Below are positions 11,865-33,891 of a stretch of 64,000 bases of DNA, piece after piece. The translations under genes were made by a program, and so were the position numbers. Below the pieces are notes generated by a model that ran no database searches, was not told the origin of the DNA, and saw only the letters and a list, made by a program, of their open reading frames with translations. Each line of letters opens with the position of its first letter. Position 1 is the first letter of the stretch. Source of the stretch: the human T2T-CHM13v2.0 reference genome, Homo sapiens; the NCBI RefSeq assembly GCF_009914755.1, contig NC_060927.1. One strand, given 5' to 3'.

Positions 11865-14760
11865 TTTGTTTATTTGTTTTTAGAGACAGGGTCTCGATCT
11901 TGTTCCCAAGCCGAAATGCAGTGGTGCAATCATAGCTCACTGCATCCTCGATTTCCTGGGCTCAAGTGATCCTCCTGCCTCAGCCTCCCAAAGTGCTAGG
12001 ATTACAGGTGTGAGCCATGTCCAGCCCTGTTTTTTTCAATATCACAAAGCACATACCGGGTATCCATTGCCCTTATGAAGAAACAGAAAATTATCAGCAT
12101 CCCAAAGCTCCCTCCTTCCTCTCTCAGTCACCACCTCCCCTTCCTTCAAGGTAATTACTCATTTCTAACAATATAGGTTACTTCTACTTGTTTTTGAACT
12201 TTATAAGAGCAGTCACAGTTTGAACTCTTGCTTCTTTCACTCAACTCTGAGATTCATCCATCATAGCTCACTGCAGCCTCAAACTCCTGGGCTAAAACAA
12301 TCCTCCTGCCTCAGCCTCCAGAGTAGCTGGGGCTACAGGCACATGCCACCATACCTGGTTAATTAAAAAAAAAAAACTGGAGGCTGGGCACAGTGGCTCA
12401 TGCCTGTAATCCCAGCACTTTGGGAGGCGGTGGGTGGATCACTTGAGGTCAGGAGTTCAAGACCAACTTGGCCAACATGGAGAAACCCCACCTCTACTAA
12501 AAATACAAAAATTAGCCTGGCATGGTGATGCATGCGTGTAATCCCAGCTACCTGGGAGGCTGAGGTGAGAGGATGGCTTGAACCTGGGAGGCAGAGGTTG
12601 CAGTTAGCCGATGGTGCCACTACACCCCAGCCTGGGTGACAGAGTGAAACTCCATCTCAAATTTTTTTTTTTTTTTTTTTTTTTTAGATCTTGCTATGTC
12701 GCCCTAGCTGGTCTTGAACTCCTGATCTCAAGTGATCTGGCCACCTCAGTCTCCCAAGCAGCTGAGGTTACAGGTGCAAGCCACAATGCCCAGCAAGTTT
12801 TTTGTTTTTATGCTATATTCTGTTGTATGAACGGGCCACAGGTTATTCATCCATATCCAAAGTGATAAACCTTTGGTGCTTTCCAAATGGTGAAAATGTG
12901 CTATGATGAATAATGCCTGTGTGAACCTTCTTTTAACTGTACCCTGGAGCACAGACATCTTGGCTTCTCTAGGGTCTTTACCTGGGAGCAAGAATGCTGA
13001 GTCAGAGAGAATACATCTCTCAACTTTACTAGATATGCCAAGCCATTATCCTAAGTGGTGTTTCAGTGTACACTTTTAAAAAGCAGGGTAGAAGACTTCA
13101 TGTGTGTCACATCTTTGATAATACTTGATTTTTTCAGATTAAGTTTTACCCAATCTATGGCTGTGTAGTGTTATATCTTGAGTTTAAATTTGCATTTCCC
13201 CCCTTCCTAAGGAGGTTGAGCACTTTTTCATAAATGCATCGGCCACTTGGATTTTCTGTTCTGTGAAGTACCTAGTCAAGTCTTTCACCCATTTTTGTTT
13301 TATGGATCTTGTTGTTGTTGTTGTTGTTGTTTTGAGACAGAGTCTTGCTCTGTCACCCAGGTTAGAGTACAGCAGCACGATCTTGGCTCACTGCAACCTC
13401 CGCCTCCTAGGCTCAAGTGATCCTCTCACTTTAGCCTCCCAAGTAGCTGGGATCACAAGCATGCCACCACCACACTTGGCTAATTTTTGTGTTTTTAGCA
13501 GAGACGGGGGGGGGTTTCACCATATTGGCCAGGCTGGTCTCAAACTCCTGGCCTCAGGTGATCCACCCGCCTCGGCCTCCCAAAGTGCTGGGATTACAGG
13601 CATGAGTCACCATGCCTAGCCCCATTTTTGTATTGAGTTGTCCCTTCTTGTCCTTAGAGTTTCATTGGAGTGCCTTATGTATTCTTGCCATGAGTCCATT
13701 ATCATCTTATCTGTTTTGCAAACATCTTTCCCTCCTTTGGCTTGCCTTTTCACCTAAATTTTTTTTTGCCTTTCATATTTACATATCTAATCTTCCTGAG
13801 ACTGTTTTTTTTGTGTGCATGTATGATGTGAAGAAGGCTTTCATCTTCATTTTTTTTTTATATGGATGTCTGATTTTTCCGGGATCTTTTGTTGGAAAGA
13901 TGATCTTTCCCCCACTTGTCTCAGTGCCATCATAAATCAAGTGACTATACATGTGGGTTTGGTTCTGGTTCTCTGTTCTGTTTCAGTCACCTGGCCATTC
14001 TTCTACCAATACCACACTTTCTTAAGGACTCTAGTGTGTTAACCTCTTGGTATCTAGTAAAGCAAGTTCTCTCATATTGTTTTTTCTTTAAGACGGTCTT
14101 GGCTTTTCTTGGCTCTTTGCATTTCCATTTAAATCTTAGAATCAGCTTGTTAAGTTCCACAACAACAAATAATGTGATGGAATTTTGATCAGAGTTGTGG
14201 TGACTCTATAGGACAGTTTGCAATATTGAGTCTTCCAAACCAAGAACATGTTATATCGTCTCTACATTTATTTGTCTTCTCCAAAGTCCAATGGCAAACT
14301 TCTAGTTTATAGTTTTCTCATTAGAGCCCTTGTATGTTTTTACTTATGTATGGGTACTTTATATTTTTAAGCTTTTGTAAATACTGTCTTTTGTTTTTGT
14401 TTTCTTAATTTCATTTTCCATTAATTGCTGGTATTGAGAATTGTAATTTCGTATGTTGATTTTTATATCCACAGCCTTGTTAAATAGTGTCTCTTCCTTT
14501 CCAACGTTTGTCTTATATTTCTCTTCCTTGCTTTGCTGTACTAGCTAGTTCTTCCAGTGCAACACGGAAAAGAAGTGATGTGCATAGGCATTCTTGTCTT
14601 GACTCTGATTTTAAAGGGAAATAATTCACCATTTCAACATTGCATGATGTTTTTAGTAAGTTTGTTGTGTTGTACATAGCCATGATCAGATTAAGGAAGT
14701 GTTTTACTGTTTCTATATTTCCAGGAGTTTTTCTTCTCCTTTTGATATTAAATTGTATCA
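11865..14760. mobile_element. Old L1M (-) block with Alus at about 11865-12027(-), 12262-12793(-, split by a + Alu at 12382-12660) and 13308-13621(-)
   Basis: Alu consensus motifs; degenerate antisense L1 ORF2 peptides (e.g. FPLKSESRQECL). Confidence 0.75.
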
Positions 14761-15536
14761 AATATTTCCCTTTTGGAAAAGAGCCTCCTCCATCCCAGGG
14801 GGCTGTTCTAGAGTAGCTGGAGACCTGAGGTGCCAGGTTATCCCCTCTCCAGTTTCCACCCCACCACCCTAGTCTGTGACCTGGTATAGCCCCCTGCCCA
14901 GCAGACCTGTTCCTCAGCCCTGGGCCATGTTTATTCCATAGCTGCGGGCTGGGGCTGAGGGATAGGGCAGAGCCTCAGAGCTGGTGAGGGGACAGGTATC
15001 TCTAGTCATCCTAAGACTCTTGGCCCCAGAACCACAGGGTACAGACCTTCTTGCCAAGCACTTCTTGCACCACCAACGTGGCCTTGTATAGCTTACTGCT
15101 CCTATAGGTAGCAGGTTAGGAATGGCCCTGGGCAGGATGTCCAGGCTCTGTGGGCAGTGCAGGGGACTCTGGGAAGGGCTGTAACTGGCAGTGAAGAAAA
15201 CCTGCAAGGTAATGGAGGTTGGGGGTGCATTGGTGGGTCACACCTCCAGCAGCCCACTATTTGGAGAGACCTTGAAGGTCACCGTGTCTTTGGCCAGCTC
15301 CAAGAGGAAGGGAGGACAAACATGAGCACAGGTGGCCCCATGTACCACCACAGGAAGACTTCACCCATTCACCCACCCCCAGGCTTGCCTGCATCTCAGG
15401 TCTGCACCTCTGGTCTTGCTCAGCACCACAGGGCAACTCTGGGATCACATGGGAATGGGGGACTGGCTGCTCTGCAGGAATTCCAAATGGTGCCAGCCCT
15501 GGGGAGCCACCTCACCGGGACATGATACATGAGCTC

Positions 15537-15943
15537 CACTATGGTTTAAACATTTGTCTCTTCCAAAACTCATGGTGAAATTAAATCTCCAATGTGGTGG
15601 TATTGAGAGCTGGGCTTTTAAGAGATGATTAGGTCATGGAGGCTCTGCCCTCATGAGTAAATTAATCCATTCATGGATTAATGGATTAACAGGTTATTTT
15701 GGGAGTGGGAATGCTGGCTTTATAAGAAGAGGAAGAGAGACCTGAGCTAGAACACTTTTCTCCCTCACCATGCGATGCCCTGTGTCTGCTCAGGCAAACA
15801 GCCCCCACCAGCAAGAAGGCCCTCACCAAATGCAGACCCTCAGCCTTGGACTGCTCATTCTCCATAACTGTAAGAAACAAATTATTTTTTAAATAAATTA
15901 CTCACTTTCAGGTATTCTAAGCAACAGAAAATGGACTAAGACA
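15537..15943 (+). mobile_element. MST-type (MSTC/D-like) MaLR solo LTR in a pseudogene intron
   Basis: ctatggtttaaac start, attaatccattcatggattaatgg core, atggactaagaca end. Confidence 0.75.
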
Positions 15944-16595
15944 AGACCCTTCCTGGGGCGTCATCTTCTCTCCAGTTTCTGTGGCCCAGTAACTTCGGCA
16001 GCTGCTCAGGTGCATTAGGTAGACCTCCCAGACTCGTTGCTGGCTCACAAAGCAGGTCCTAAAGTCCACCCAGCTGGTGGAGAGCTGCAGCTCAGGCACG
16101 GTCACTATGGCCTGCAGGAGCAGCACCTGTGGGGGACCAGGAAACCTCGTCCATTCTGGGTGGCTCTGAGCCAAGGCCTCTGGGACACAGGGAACCCTGC
16201 TGACCCCAAGTGCTGATGCTCTTCAAGAGAACAGGGAAAGTGCCCAACAGGTGGCAGGGGGCTGGTGCTACCTTAAAGGCCAGGGCTGCTGGTGGGAGTC
16301 TGTGCAGGGAAAGGGCCAGGATGATGTGCCATCTACTCCCCCTGCCATCCCTGCCTCCCTCACTCCCCACAAGCTCTGCTCCCTGCTCCCTGGTCAATTG
16401 AGCTGCCCTCCTCTTCCTCCTTTCTCCTCCATGGGGCCCACAGGGCTCAGCCTTCAGCTCCTCTCAGGCCCTGAGCCACCTGGACCCATCCCTCAGCCTC
16501 ATGCCTTATCTGTGCCCTGCCTCTTCTAGCTCCTGGCAGTCCCTACATCACACTCAGGCACCTCAGGCATGCACAACCTCATCACCTCAGCCCCA

Positions 16596-16735
16596 GCTTC
16601 TCAGCCCTAGCAGCTGCCTAGGTGCCAGGCTGGAGAGCCCGAGCTCCATTGCTCAGCCTCTTGCTTCTCAGCCCTAGCAGCTGCCTAGGTGCCAGGCTGG
16701 AGAGCCCGAGCTCCATTGCTCAGCCTCTTGCTTCT
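16596..16735. repeat. Perfect 67-bp tandem duplication
   Basis: Unit starts at 16596 and 16663; GCTTCT microhomology recurs at 16730. Confidence 0.95.
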
Positions 16736-16776
16736 GACCTCTCTGGAGTCCTTCTGGAAAAGTACCCACACGTAAC

Positions 16777-17195
16777 TGTTGCATCTTGAGATCTTGTTGT
16801 TTCAAAAAGTTCCAGAAAGAAGCTCAGCCCCTGGAGAAAAACAAAAATCACTTGGATCCAGAGATACTTGAGCTGGAGATGAATTTTGATGAACACTCCT
16901 CATTATCATAGTAAAAACACCACCTACCCAGAGGGGAGCTTATTTGCCATTTTCTATACATGCTATGTATGTAGAAGCATGATCGGTGACTGCACCTGCA
17001 CTGCCTTTACATACAATGACTCAGCTAACATACCTAATAAAAGCCCTGTTTTCACCATTATTTGGGGAGGCATTGCTCTTGGGTGCTATCCCTGGCATCC
17101 TCCTTAATTGTTGCAAGTAATAAAGTCCCCTTGTTAAACCCTCCTTGATTGTGGTCACTGGACTGTCACCTGCCAAGTGACCAAACCCATCCATT
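16777..17195 (+). mobile_element. ERV1-type LTR (family uncertain)
   Basis: TG start, ctaataaaagcc box and aataaag poly(A)-like signal typical of LTRs. Confidence 0.5.
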
Positions 17196-18165
<970 letters not shown>

Positions 18166-19449
18166 GCTGTGTGGGCAACACTCCCCTAGGCCACTCCTTC
18201 ACACTCCTCATCTGCAGCCCCACCTTAGCCTCCACACCACAGCCTAGTGACCTTCTGGCCTATGGTGCTCATTCCTTACAACTGTCTCAGGTACTCTCAC
18301 TGTTTCCACCCATCAGGCGTTCCCTCAGCCTATCAATGTGTTTCCCTTCTCCTTTGATTAAAGAGTATACAGGCTTCACATGCCACCTCCTGCAGGGAGT
18401 CTTCCCTGATTTCCCACACTCTGGCCCCTCACCCAGCTTTGGATTCATGAGGTAGGTAAGGGTGGATGGCCCTCATCTGTCTGCACACAGGGCCTCTTCT
18501 AGGGGAGACTGAGCCCCAGGACAGGGGCAGGGGCTCCTTATTTCTGAGGGCTCTGCCAGGTCTTTCCTTCTCTGGCCCCAGCAGAACAGAAACCCATCCG
18601 CTTTGGCCCTCCTCTCCATATGGGTGGGCCTTGGGCGGGCCTTGGGCGGGCCTGAGTGGTCTGGTTGGTGTGCTCCAGGAGCAGGTTCTGAGTAAACACC
18701 ATCTCTCTCTCTCCACTCGCGCTCTGCTGAATGTCCACCCCAGGCAGCATCTGGTTGGCTGGGAGCTTCTGATAGGAGAGCAGCTCCAGGGAGAGCGAGA
18801 AGGATACATTCACCTGAGCAGATGTGGACATGGTGTCAACTCCAGCTGCAGAGGGCAGGTGGCCGCTTCCTTACCTGGAGCTCCATCCTCCTTCCCTCCC
18901 AAGCCCAGCCTTGCCCAGCCAACAGCCCAGCAGCTCCCCAACCTGGTGCTTTCATTCCACAAGTGATGCTCGGCACCTACTCTGCCCAGCACCCTGCTAG
19001 TGCCAGGGATGAGCTGCACATGCCCTCAGGGATCACAAACTAGAGGAGAAGGGACATGAACAAACCACACTTTACCATCTCAAATGCCCAGGGCTCTGGT
19101 TGGGCTCAGAGGTCCCCATGCTGAGGACAGCGAGGAGCCTCTGACTGGTTTTAAGCAGGTGCACATCCAAGTCAGCTTTGCCTTGCACTGTGGTCCCTGG
19201 CTCTGTGGAGAGGGGGGCTACAGAAGCACACATAGGTGTGAGGTTGCCAGAATGGAGGCTAAGATTGTAATTGAGGCTGGACAGGATGGAGCTTGGACTC
19301 CTGGCTCCCAGACACAGGCCTGCAGATCTGGCTCAACAGTTTTACCCAAGGCACGTGTTGGAAATACAGGGTTAAGGGCAAGTCAGTTAAACCCTGTATT
19401 AAGACCTTAGATTTGACTGTGCCTCCAGGGCCCTTTCAACTAGACTGTG

Positions 19450-19735
19450 ATAGTTTAATAGAAGCTTCTGTGGTATTGTTCTATATCAATGTTGTTTAAT
19501 ACGGTAGCCACTAGCCACATGTGGCTATTGAACACTTAAAATGTGGATAATATGACTGAGGAGTTGAATTTTAAAATTTATTTAGATTAAGTTTAATTTA
19601 AATGGCCACATGTGGCTAGTGGCTACTGTAATGCAGGGTCCCACCCGGACATAGTGAATCAGAAACTAGAGTGGGGCCTGGAAATCTGTGTTTTAACAAG
19701 GTGATCCTTATAAGGCCCAAGTTTGAGACTCACTA
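19450..19735. mobile_element. MER3 plus MER5A-like hAT fragments
   Basis: gtagccactagccacatgtggcta...gccacatgtggctagtggctac internal palindrome; gaatcagaaact...ctgtgttttaacaag. Confidence 0.7.
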
Positions 19736-19739
19736 AGTT

Positions 19740-23530
<3,791 letters not shown>

Positions 23531-25556
23531 AATAAACGATAGACTTAGCTAGTCTCCAGGAAGGTTTTCAGTCTGAATTCACACACCACTTGTGAAGTTC
23601 GTTGGAGCATGTTAGCCAAGGCGGCAACACTCCTTTTTCATGTCCAGGCCTAACTGATGCCCAGACTAAGGAGCTGGTCTTTCACCCGGGGATAATACCA
23701 AGCAGTGTTCTTATTAGGAAATCTCCAGGAGAGCATGGAATGTAACAAGAGGTCCCCATATTTCAAGGCACAAAGTGAAGATCTTGTAAGGGTTACAAAA
23801 CTTCACTGAGATGTTAAGAACTCAACTTAAATAAAGCTGTTAAAGAGACAGAAAAGGTCTTCAGTGAAGAAAGGTGGGCAGAGATGACTCCCATGAAACA
23901 CAGAACCTGGAGGACCCCTCGACCCCTGCAACTGGGAGGGTAGATGGGTGATGCCCAGTTTCGCATCTTCCTCTCCTTCATGTTTCCACATTCAGTCTCC
24001 AAGACCTGTCAAGTCTTCCTCCCAATATATCTCTTGGTTCTGATCTCTTCTTCTGTCACTGAACTCCCTGGTTCAGACCACTATCACCTCCCACCCACAA
24101 CAGTTTCACAACTCCTGTCACTGCCTTGTTTCTGCCCCTTCTTACCCCATTCAGAGTGATCTTCCAAAAACAAATCTGAACACTATAAACCATGAAGTGG
24201 CCTCGGGGAAAAAAAGCCAAAAAATGTTTTTTAATAAATAAGTTCCCAGTTACAAACAAACAAACATGACCTGACTGGTCACTCCCTAGCTCAAGTCTCT
24301 CAATAGCATCCTATTGTCCTCAGCTGCTGACACCCCATCTGAGGAAGGGACAATGACTCTGCCATTCATCTCTCTAGCCCAGCCCTAGCACAGAAATTGG
24401 CACATAATTGGTTGCTGCATAATGTTTGTTGCATGCATAAATGTGGGTGAGTATTGATGCCCATAGGTTTGTTGTGAGGATGTGGGGAATTTGATGCCTT
24501 CCACATTTTTCTGAGAAGCAGGAGGCAATTCTGCTGAGTATGACCAGCAAGCATGTTGGACAGGAGCCTGAGGACTGTGGTGAAGGCTGGACAGAGCCGC
24601 AGTGGAGGAAGGGAGAAGCAGCTGAGCAGGGTGCACTAGCCCTAAGCCCTGGGTAGGGCTGGAGGCCAGGAGTGTGTGCGATTTCCTTTAGCATTATCCA
24701 CTAGTGTGGGCTCCAAAAGGGAAACCTGGCTGAAATGATGCCAAGTTAGGGTTTTTCCACTGCCTGTAAAGCACCAGGAGTTGAGAGTGATGTTAAGAGA
24801 GTGGTTAAAGTGACGGGCTGGTTAGAAAAGGAAGTAGCGCCAAAAGGAGTGAGGTGAGAAAACACTAAACAGGTCTTGATCGGCTCTCAGAGCTCATGCA
24901 GTAGGGTAGGGAGGTGGAAGGGTAGGCACAGCACGGGGCAGAGGACGCTATGCTTCAGAGGTAGGGCAGTGATGGTAAGATCCAGGAGCGAAGGGCTAAA
25001 GTAGGGACAAGACAAAGGCAAAGGAGCTGCCGACATCAAGGCGCTATATTTCCATGGATGGGATTATGAAGTTCCACATCTGGATGCTTCAGAACATATT
25101 CCAGATGAAGAGCTGAAGGAAGCATCCTCATGTCACACTGGATGCAGGGCCGTGTGGAGTGGATGGGAAGTGTGGAGCTGCCAGACTTCCCAGAGCCTTG
25201 GCAGGGCCTGGTGACCTGTGTCCTGGACACCTGAGGCCAGTGTCACTTTAGACTGGATTCTGCAACCCTGCAGGAGCCCGGCAGCTGTTTTTGCCTCCTC
25301 TAGAGACCTACATGGTAAAAGGGCCTAAGTGCCGTTAGGTCAGGGCTTGGGTTCAACATTGTGCATTACAGGTTTATTTTTATGAGTTTTTTTGTTATAG
25401 TTTTTGTTTTTGTTTTCTTCTAGAGGCTTGTATTTTTCTCTGGTTTCAAAGATCAGCTCTTGTAGTTATTTACTATTATTTCATTTTGGTGCTTTTACTG
25501 TTTTCTCATTGTTTCGCCTTTCTTGACTTCTTTCTGCTTTCCTGCTTTTGTTTTTA

Positions 25557-25709
25557 TTCCTCCTCCTCCTCCTTCTCCTCCTCCTATTTCTCCTCCTCCT
25601 CCTCCTCCTCCTATTTCTCCTCCTCCTCCTCTTTCTCCTCCTCCTCTTTCTCCTCCTCCTCCTCTTTCTCCTCCTCCTCCTCCTCCTTCTCCTCCTCTTC
25701 TTCTTCTTT
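25557..25709. repeat. (CCT)n / (GGA)n degenerate triplet repeat forming the tail of an antisense AluJ (about 25710-25985)
   Basis: About 150 bp of almost pure pyrimidine on the + strand. Confidence 0.93.
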
Positions 25710-25860
25710 GCTTTTTGATACAGGGTCTCAGGCTGGAGTGCAGTGGTGCAATCATAGCTCACTGCAGCTTCAACTTCCTGGACTCAAGCAATCCTCCTGC
25801 CTCAACCTCCCAAGTAGCTAGGACTACTGGCACATACTGCCACACCTAGTCAATTTTTGA

Positions 25861-26001
<141 letters not shown>

Positions 26002-26021
26002 TAACCTCCTGAATTACGGAG

Positions 26022-26770
<749 letters not shown>

Positions 26771-27196
26771 TTCTACTCACTACATGGGGTTAATTTACTT
26801 TCACTCTTTAATGAAAGCATTCAAGAATATACATTTACCTTTGAGGATATCTTAAAGGTTCTGATAAGGATGTTTTCATTTTCCTGCTTTCTAAGTAGTG
26901 TGTTGTATTATTATTGCCTCTTTGAGCCATTAATTATTTACGAGAATGATTTAAAGGCTCTAAGTAGCTTGAGATTCCTTCAATTATTATTATTTTGTTT
27001 ATTTGCTTTTTCTTTATTCTTTTAGTTCACAAAAATTCAATAATATAGAATACATTAAAATGCAAAAGTCATCCCCTAACCAATAGTTTCTAAATAGTGG
27101 ATTTAGAAACTATTGGTTTCTAAATTTCTATTGTTATTGATAACTTGGAGTCTATCTTTGCAAACCATTCTTTCATGTATACAGAAGTACTTGGCT

Positions 27197-27365
27197 TAGG
27201 GACAGTGGGAGGGGGGTAAGGGATGAGGAATTACCTAATGATAATGGACATTCTTCAGGTGATGATTACACTAAGAGCCCAGACTTGATCACCACTCAAT
27301 ACATTCATGTCACAAAACTGCACTTGTACACCTTCAATTTATTTTAAAAAACAAAACAAAACAAA
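27197..27365 (+). mobile_element. Short L1PB/L1MA-type 3' end insertion
   Basis: 14-bp TSD agaagtacttggct (27183-27196 and 27366-27379); A-rich tail. Confidence 0.8.
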
Positions 27366-27912
27366 AGAAGTACTTGGCTGAATTATGTGCTTCAAATACT
27401 CATGGAGCGGGAGAAGAGCAGATCCCAAGAAGTGAATGCAGTAAAACCAGGAAAAAATGGAAGATAGTCACATCTAATTTTCCTAAACCAAATTTGCTCC
27501 TAACATGAGTACAAATTAACAGCAGATATATTCACACTTTGGTGAAAATAAAAACTTTTCTCCTCAAAGCTCTTTGGAATCTGTTTGCTTAAATATCAAA
27601 GTCCATCAAACTTTTCTACAGATACAAACCCAAACTCAGCTTTTAAAAATTTTAACCTCAGCTGCATGAGTTACTTATTTAACTGGAGGTAGACCTACCC
27701 CCACCCTCAAACATTTGTCCTGCTATGGGTTGTAGTTCGAAACATTTATTTTCACTTGTAAGAGCGTCCCACTGATCTTACAAAGAATTTTACTGACTCT
27801 GGTATAGAAAGGACAGAAGAAATATTCATTTCCAACATATCACAAGATGAAATCTTCTATATGTGTACATGTTATAGAATTTCAGATATATACAATCCAT
27901 TAGTGAATCTGA

Positions 27913-28143
<231 letters not shown>

Positions 28144-28208
28144 TAGAAGGGATAAAATTTAAGCTACTAATATACTGCCAACTTTTTACTTTTAAAATTA
28201 CTCATTCT

Positions 28209-28510
28209 GGCCCGTCGTGGTGGCTCACGCCTGTAATCCCAGCACTTTGGGAGGCTGAAGTGGGTGGATCATTTGAGGTCAGGAGTTTGAGACCAGCCTG
28301 CCCAACATGGTGAAACTCCATCTCTACTAAAAATACAAAAATTAGCCGGGTGGTAGTGGTGTGCGCCTGTAATCCCAGCTACTCAGGAGGCTGAGGCAGG
28401 AGAATCACTTGAGCCTGGGAGGCGGAGGTTGCGGTGAGCCAAGATCATGCCACTGCACTCCAGTCTGGGCAATAGAGTGATGTCCTGTCTCAAAAAAATA
28501 AGTAAAAACA
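28209..28510 (+). mobile_element. AluS (a FLAM-like Alu on - at about 27965-28100 is adjacent)
   Basis: Full-length Alu; TSD aaaattactcattct. Confidence 0.9.
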
Positions 28511-29840
28511 AATAAGATAAAATTACTCATTCTGAAAAATATATACAAGCCTGAGTTGTTTCAATAGTTATCAATATTAATGAATGCAGATTTAGGAATG
28601 TGTGAGCTAAAAACAACTAGCCTGCAATTAATAGAATAAAGCATAATAAAGAATTAACAGAATAAAGCATACTGGAATTTAAAAATAATGCATCTTTATG
28701 AAGAAAGCACATTTTCTTAAGGACCTTTGCCAATATAAAGTTTTACTTTGAGAAAAATTCATGTTTCACATGGCTACAAACCTCAAAGAAATGTTCTGAT
28801 GTTGTTTCACTGGAGACCAGTGTATAAGAATTGGATTGATGTTTGTCCCTTTTTTCTTATTTTGCAATACGTTTTCATTATTATATTTACTAAATGAAAA
28901 GTTTTTTCTTTCTCTGAAAAGCTTACACCTAGTGCTTTTCCTTGAATTCATTTTCACTGATTTCTGTTATGATGATAATTTATTCAGCTGAAAAATGCCT
29001 AGATTCAAAGAAAATTCAATAAAGCAACATTCAAAGATCTTGCTAATAGAAAAAAATGTGAGCTAATGTCTTGTAGAAAATATAGGATTATATATTTGTG
29101 GACTGAGGTTGGGGAAGCACTTCTTAAGATCAAATAACTTGGACAATAAGGCAAAAAATTGATGGATTTTATTATATTCAAATTAAAGATTTCCAGTCAA
29201 CAAAAGGTTAGTTGGATCAAGTTAACAGATAAATGACATATTGGGAGAAGATAGTTGCAACATCTAAAATGAACAGGGGGTTTATATCTTGAAACATCCA
29301 GAAATTCCTACAAATCCACAAGAAAGAGACAAAAATATTCAACTGAGAAATGAGCAAAGGATAAGTATGGAATTTACTGAATGAGAAATCCTGAGTGGCC
29401 AATGAGTATATATGAAGAAATGCTCCAATTCAACAATAATGAGAAAAAACACAAATTACAACAGTAAGGGAAATCACTTCTCATCTATTAAACCGGCAAA
29501 AAATTAGACGGATGGAAATGCCAAGTGCTAAATATGGGGGGTAGGGATGGGGTAGCCTCATGCATTCCAGGCGGGAGCATTGACTGGCACAGCCATTCTC
29601 AGGAGTACTCCAGCATTCTCTGGTCCAATCAGTCATGCACACATCATATAAATCCTACTCTCAGACATAAAGCCCAGAAACATTCTCTCACACAGGTCCA
29701 TACGGCCATGGGGGAGGGGGATCCATGCAATGCTGTTTGCACTGAACTGGACTCCACCCAGGTGTCACTCACTGGGGGCCTGGATAATAAAATGTGGTGT
29801 TGGCTCACTAACAAATATGATCGAATATGATCAACTAGAC

Positions 29841-30414
29841 CAGGGGTTCCCAAACATTCTCACTTCATGCACCAATGTCTTCACGGTGTTCCTAGGCCAA
29901 AAGAAATGGCTAACAGCTCTGGCTAGCCATTCTGTTCTGTTATTAAGTAGATGGTCCAAACAGCTTAATAGGTATTTATGTCCCAACACACTAGTACCTG
30001 TTTGAAGAAATTTATACACATACATTGGAGGAAAAAATAATATTTCATTCTTAAATAACCAGAATTATTTACTGAGGGGATGTGATGTGTGTGCCTGTTG
30101 GGCACCGTGTGGCTTCTCAAATGTTGGGGTCAGATTGGACATGTGCCCTTATTTTGTTTCCCCTTGATTTTCATGCAGTATCTGCTTGTCACTACAACTG
30201 CTAAAAATACAGCTTCGCAAAAATAAGATGTCATGGAAAGGAATGTAGCAGTCTAATGCTGGAACTGTGAACTACCTCAAGTTAGTGGTTCACATGATGC
30301 CTGACAGATGTTTTGCGTCACTGTGTTTCCCACCAAAATGGAAAGTATCCCAAAGCACCTCTATGGGTTCCCTGAAGCTACCCAGAGCACGTTGGTGCAG
30401 TTTGGGAACCACAG
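29841..30414. mobile_element. hAT-Charlie-type non-autonomous DNA transposon
   Basis: Terminal inverted repeats caggggttcccaaac / gtttgggaaccacag; degenerate TAGA-containing 8-bp flanks. Confidence 0.65.
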
Positions 30415-30479
30415 GATTAGATATATACATGAATATTAACAAATCTTCAAAACGGTGCTGAATTTTAAAAGTACTTAAA

Positions 30480-30872
30480 CTGTTAGGGGCTGAATGTTTG
30501 TGTCTCTCCAAAATTCACTGAAGTCCTAACCCCCAATGCGATGGTATTAGGAGATGGGGTCTTTGGGAGGTAATTAGATCTAGATTAGGTCAGGAGGGTG
30601 GGGAACTCATGATGAGATTATTAAATTTTAAGAAGAGGAAAAGATGAGAGAGCTTTCCCTCTCCCCACATGCATACTTGGAGATAAGGCTGTATGTGAGC
30701 CTACATTAAGAAGGCTGCTGTCTACAAGCCAAGAAAAGAGCCCTCACCAGGAACTGAATTTGCTAGCCCCTTGATGTTAGAATTCCCAGCCTCCAGAACT
30801 GTGGGAAATAAATACCTGTCATTTAAGCCATCAATCTGTGGCAATTTGTGAAAGCAGCTCAGGCTAAAAAGC
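30480..30872 (+). mobile_element. MLT1A-type MaLR LTR
   Basis: ctgaatgtttgtgtctc start; cccagcctccagaactgtg; aaataaat. Confidence 0.75.
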
Positions 30873-31003
30873 ACAAAGTAAGGTCTATGGGCTTGCTCTT
30901 GCTGTTTTGATGACCTGCCCTCTTTACTGCTAAGCCTGAGGGAGAGGCTCCTAGGCAGCACTTCACCCTGTCAAAAGCCCTACCTCCCAGGAAGGTTCTA
31001 GTG

Positions 31004-33624
<2,621 letters not shown>

Positions 33625-33891
33625 GTCTAGTGAATTCCACCATTACACCTCTCTCATGATCTCTTTCTGTGTCTTTGATAGCCTTCACAGCTCCCTATGT
33701 GGGTTCATCTGTCCACTCTGAGCCCTTTCTGTGCAAACTAACCCACTCTTATTGGGAGCTGACATCTGCTGTCAAAAGACAAAATTACAACAAATTTAAA
33801 GATCCTAAATGGATTTTATCTGTGATTCTAGAATTGGACAACACCTTATTCTGTACAAAAGAAGGAGTGTTCCAATGATCTGAGCAAAGGA

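Noticed and set aside
16596-16735. Direct repeats (also 62833-62980) as CRISPR-like arrays
   Set aside because: Two adjacent copies with no spacers, in human DNA
25481-25849. Arg-, Gly-, Ser- or Pro-rich ORFs resembling protamine or extensin
   Set aside because: Translations of the (CCT)n tract plus an Alu
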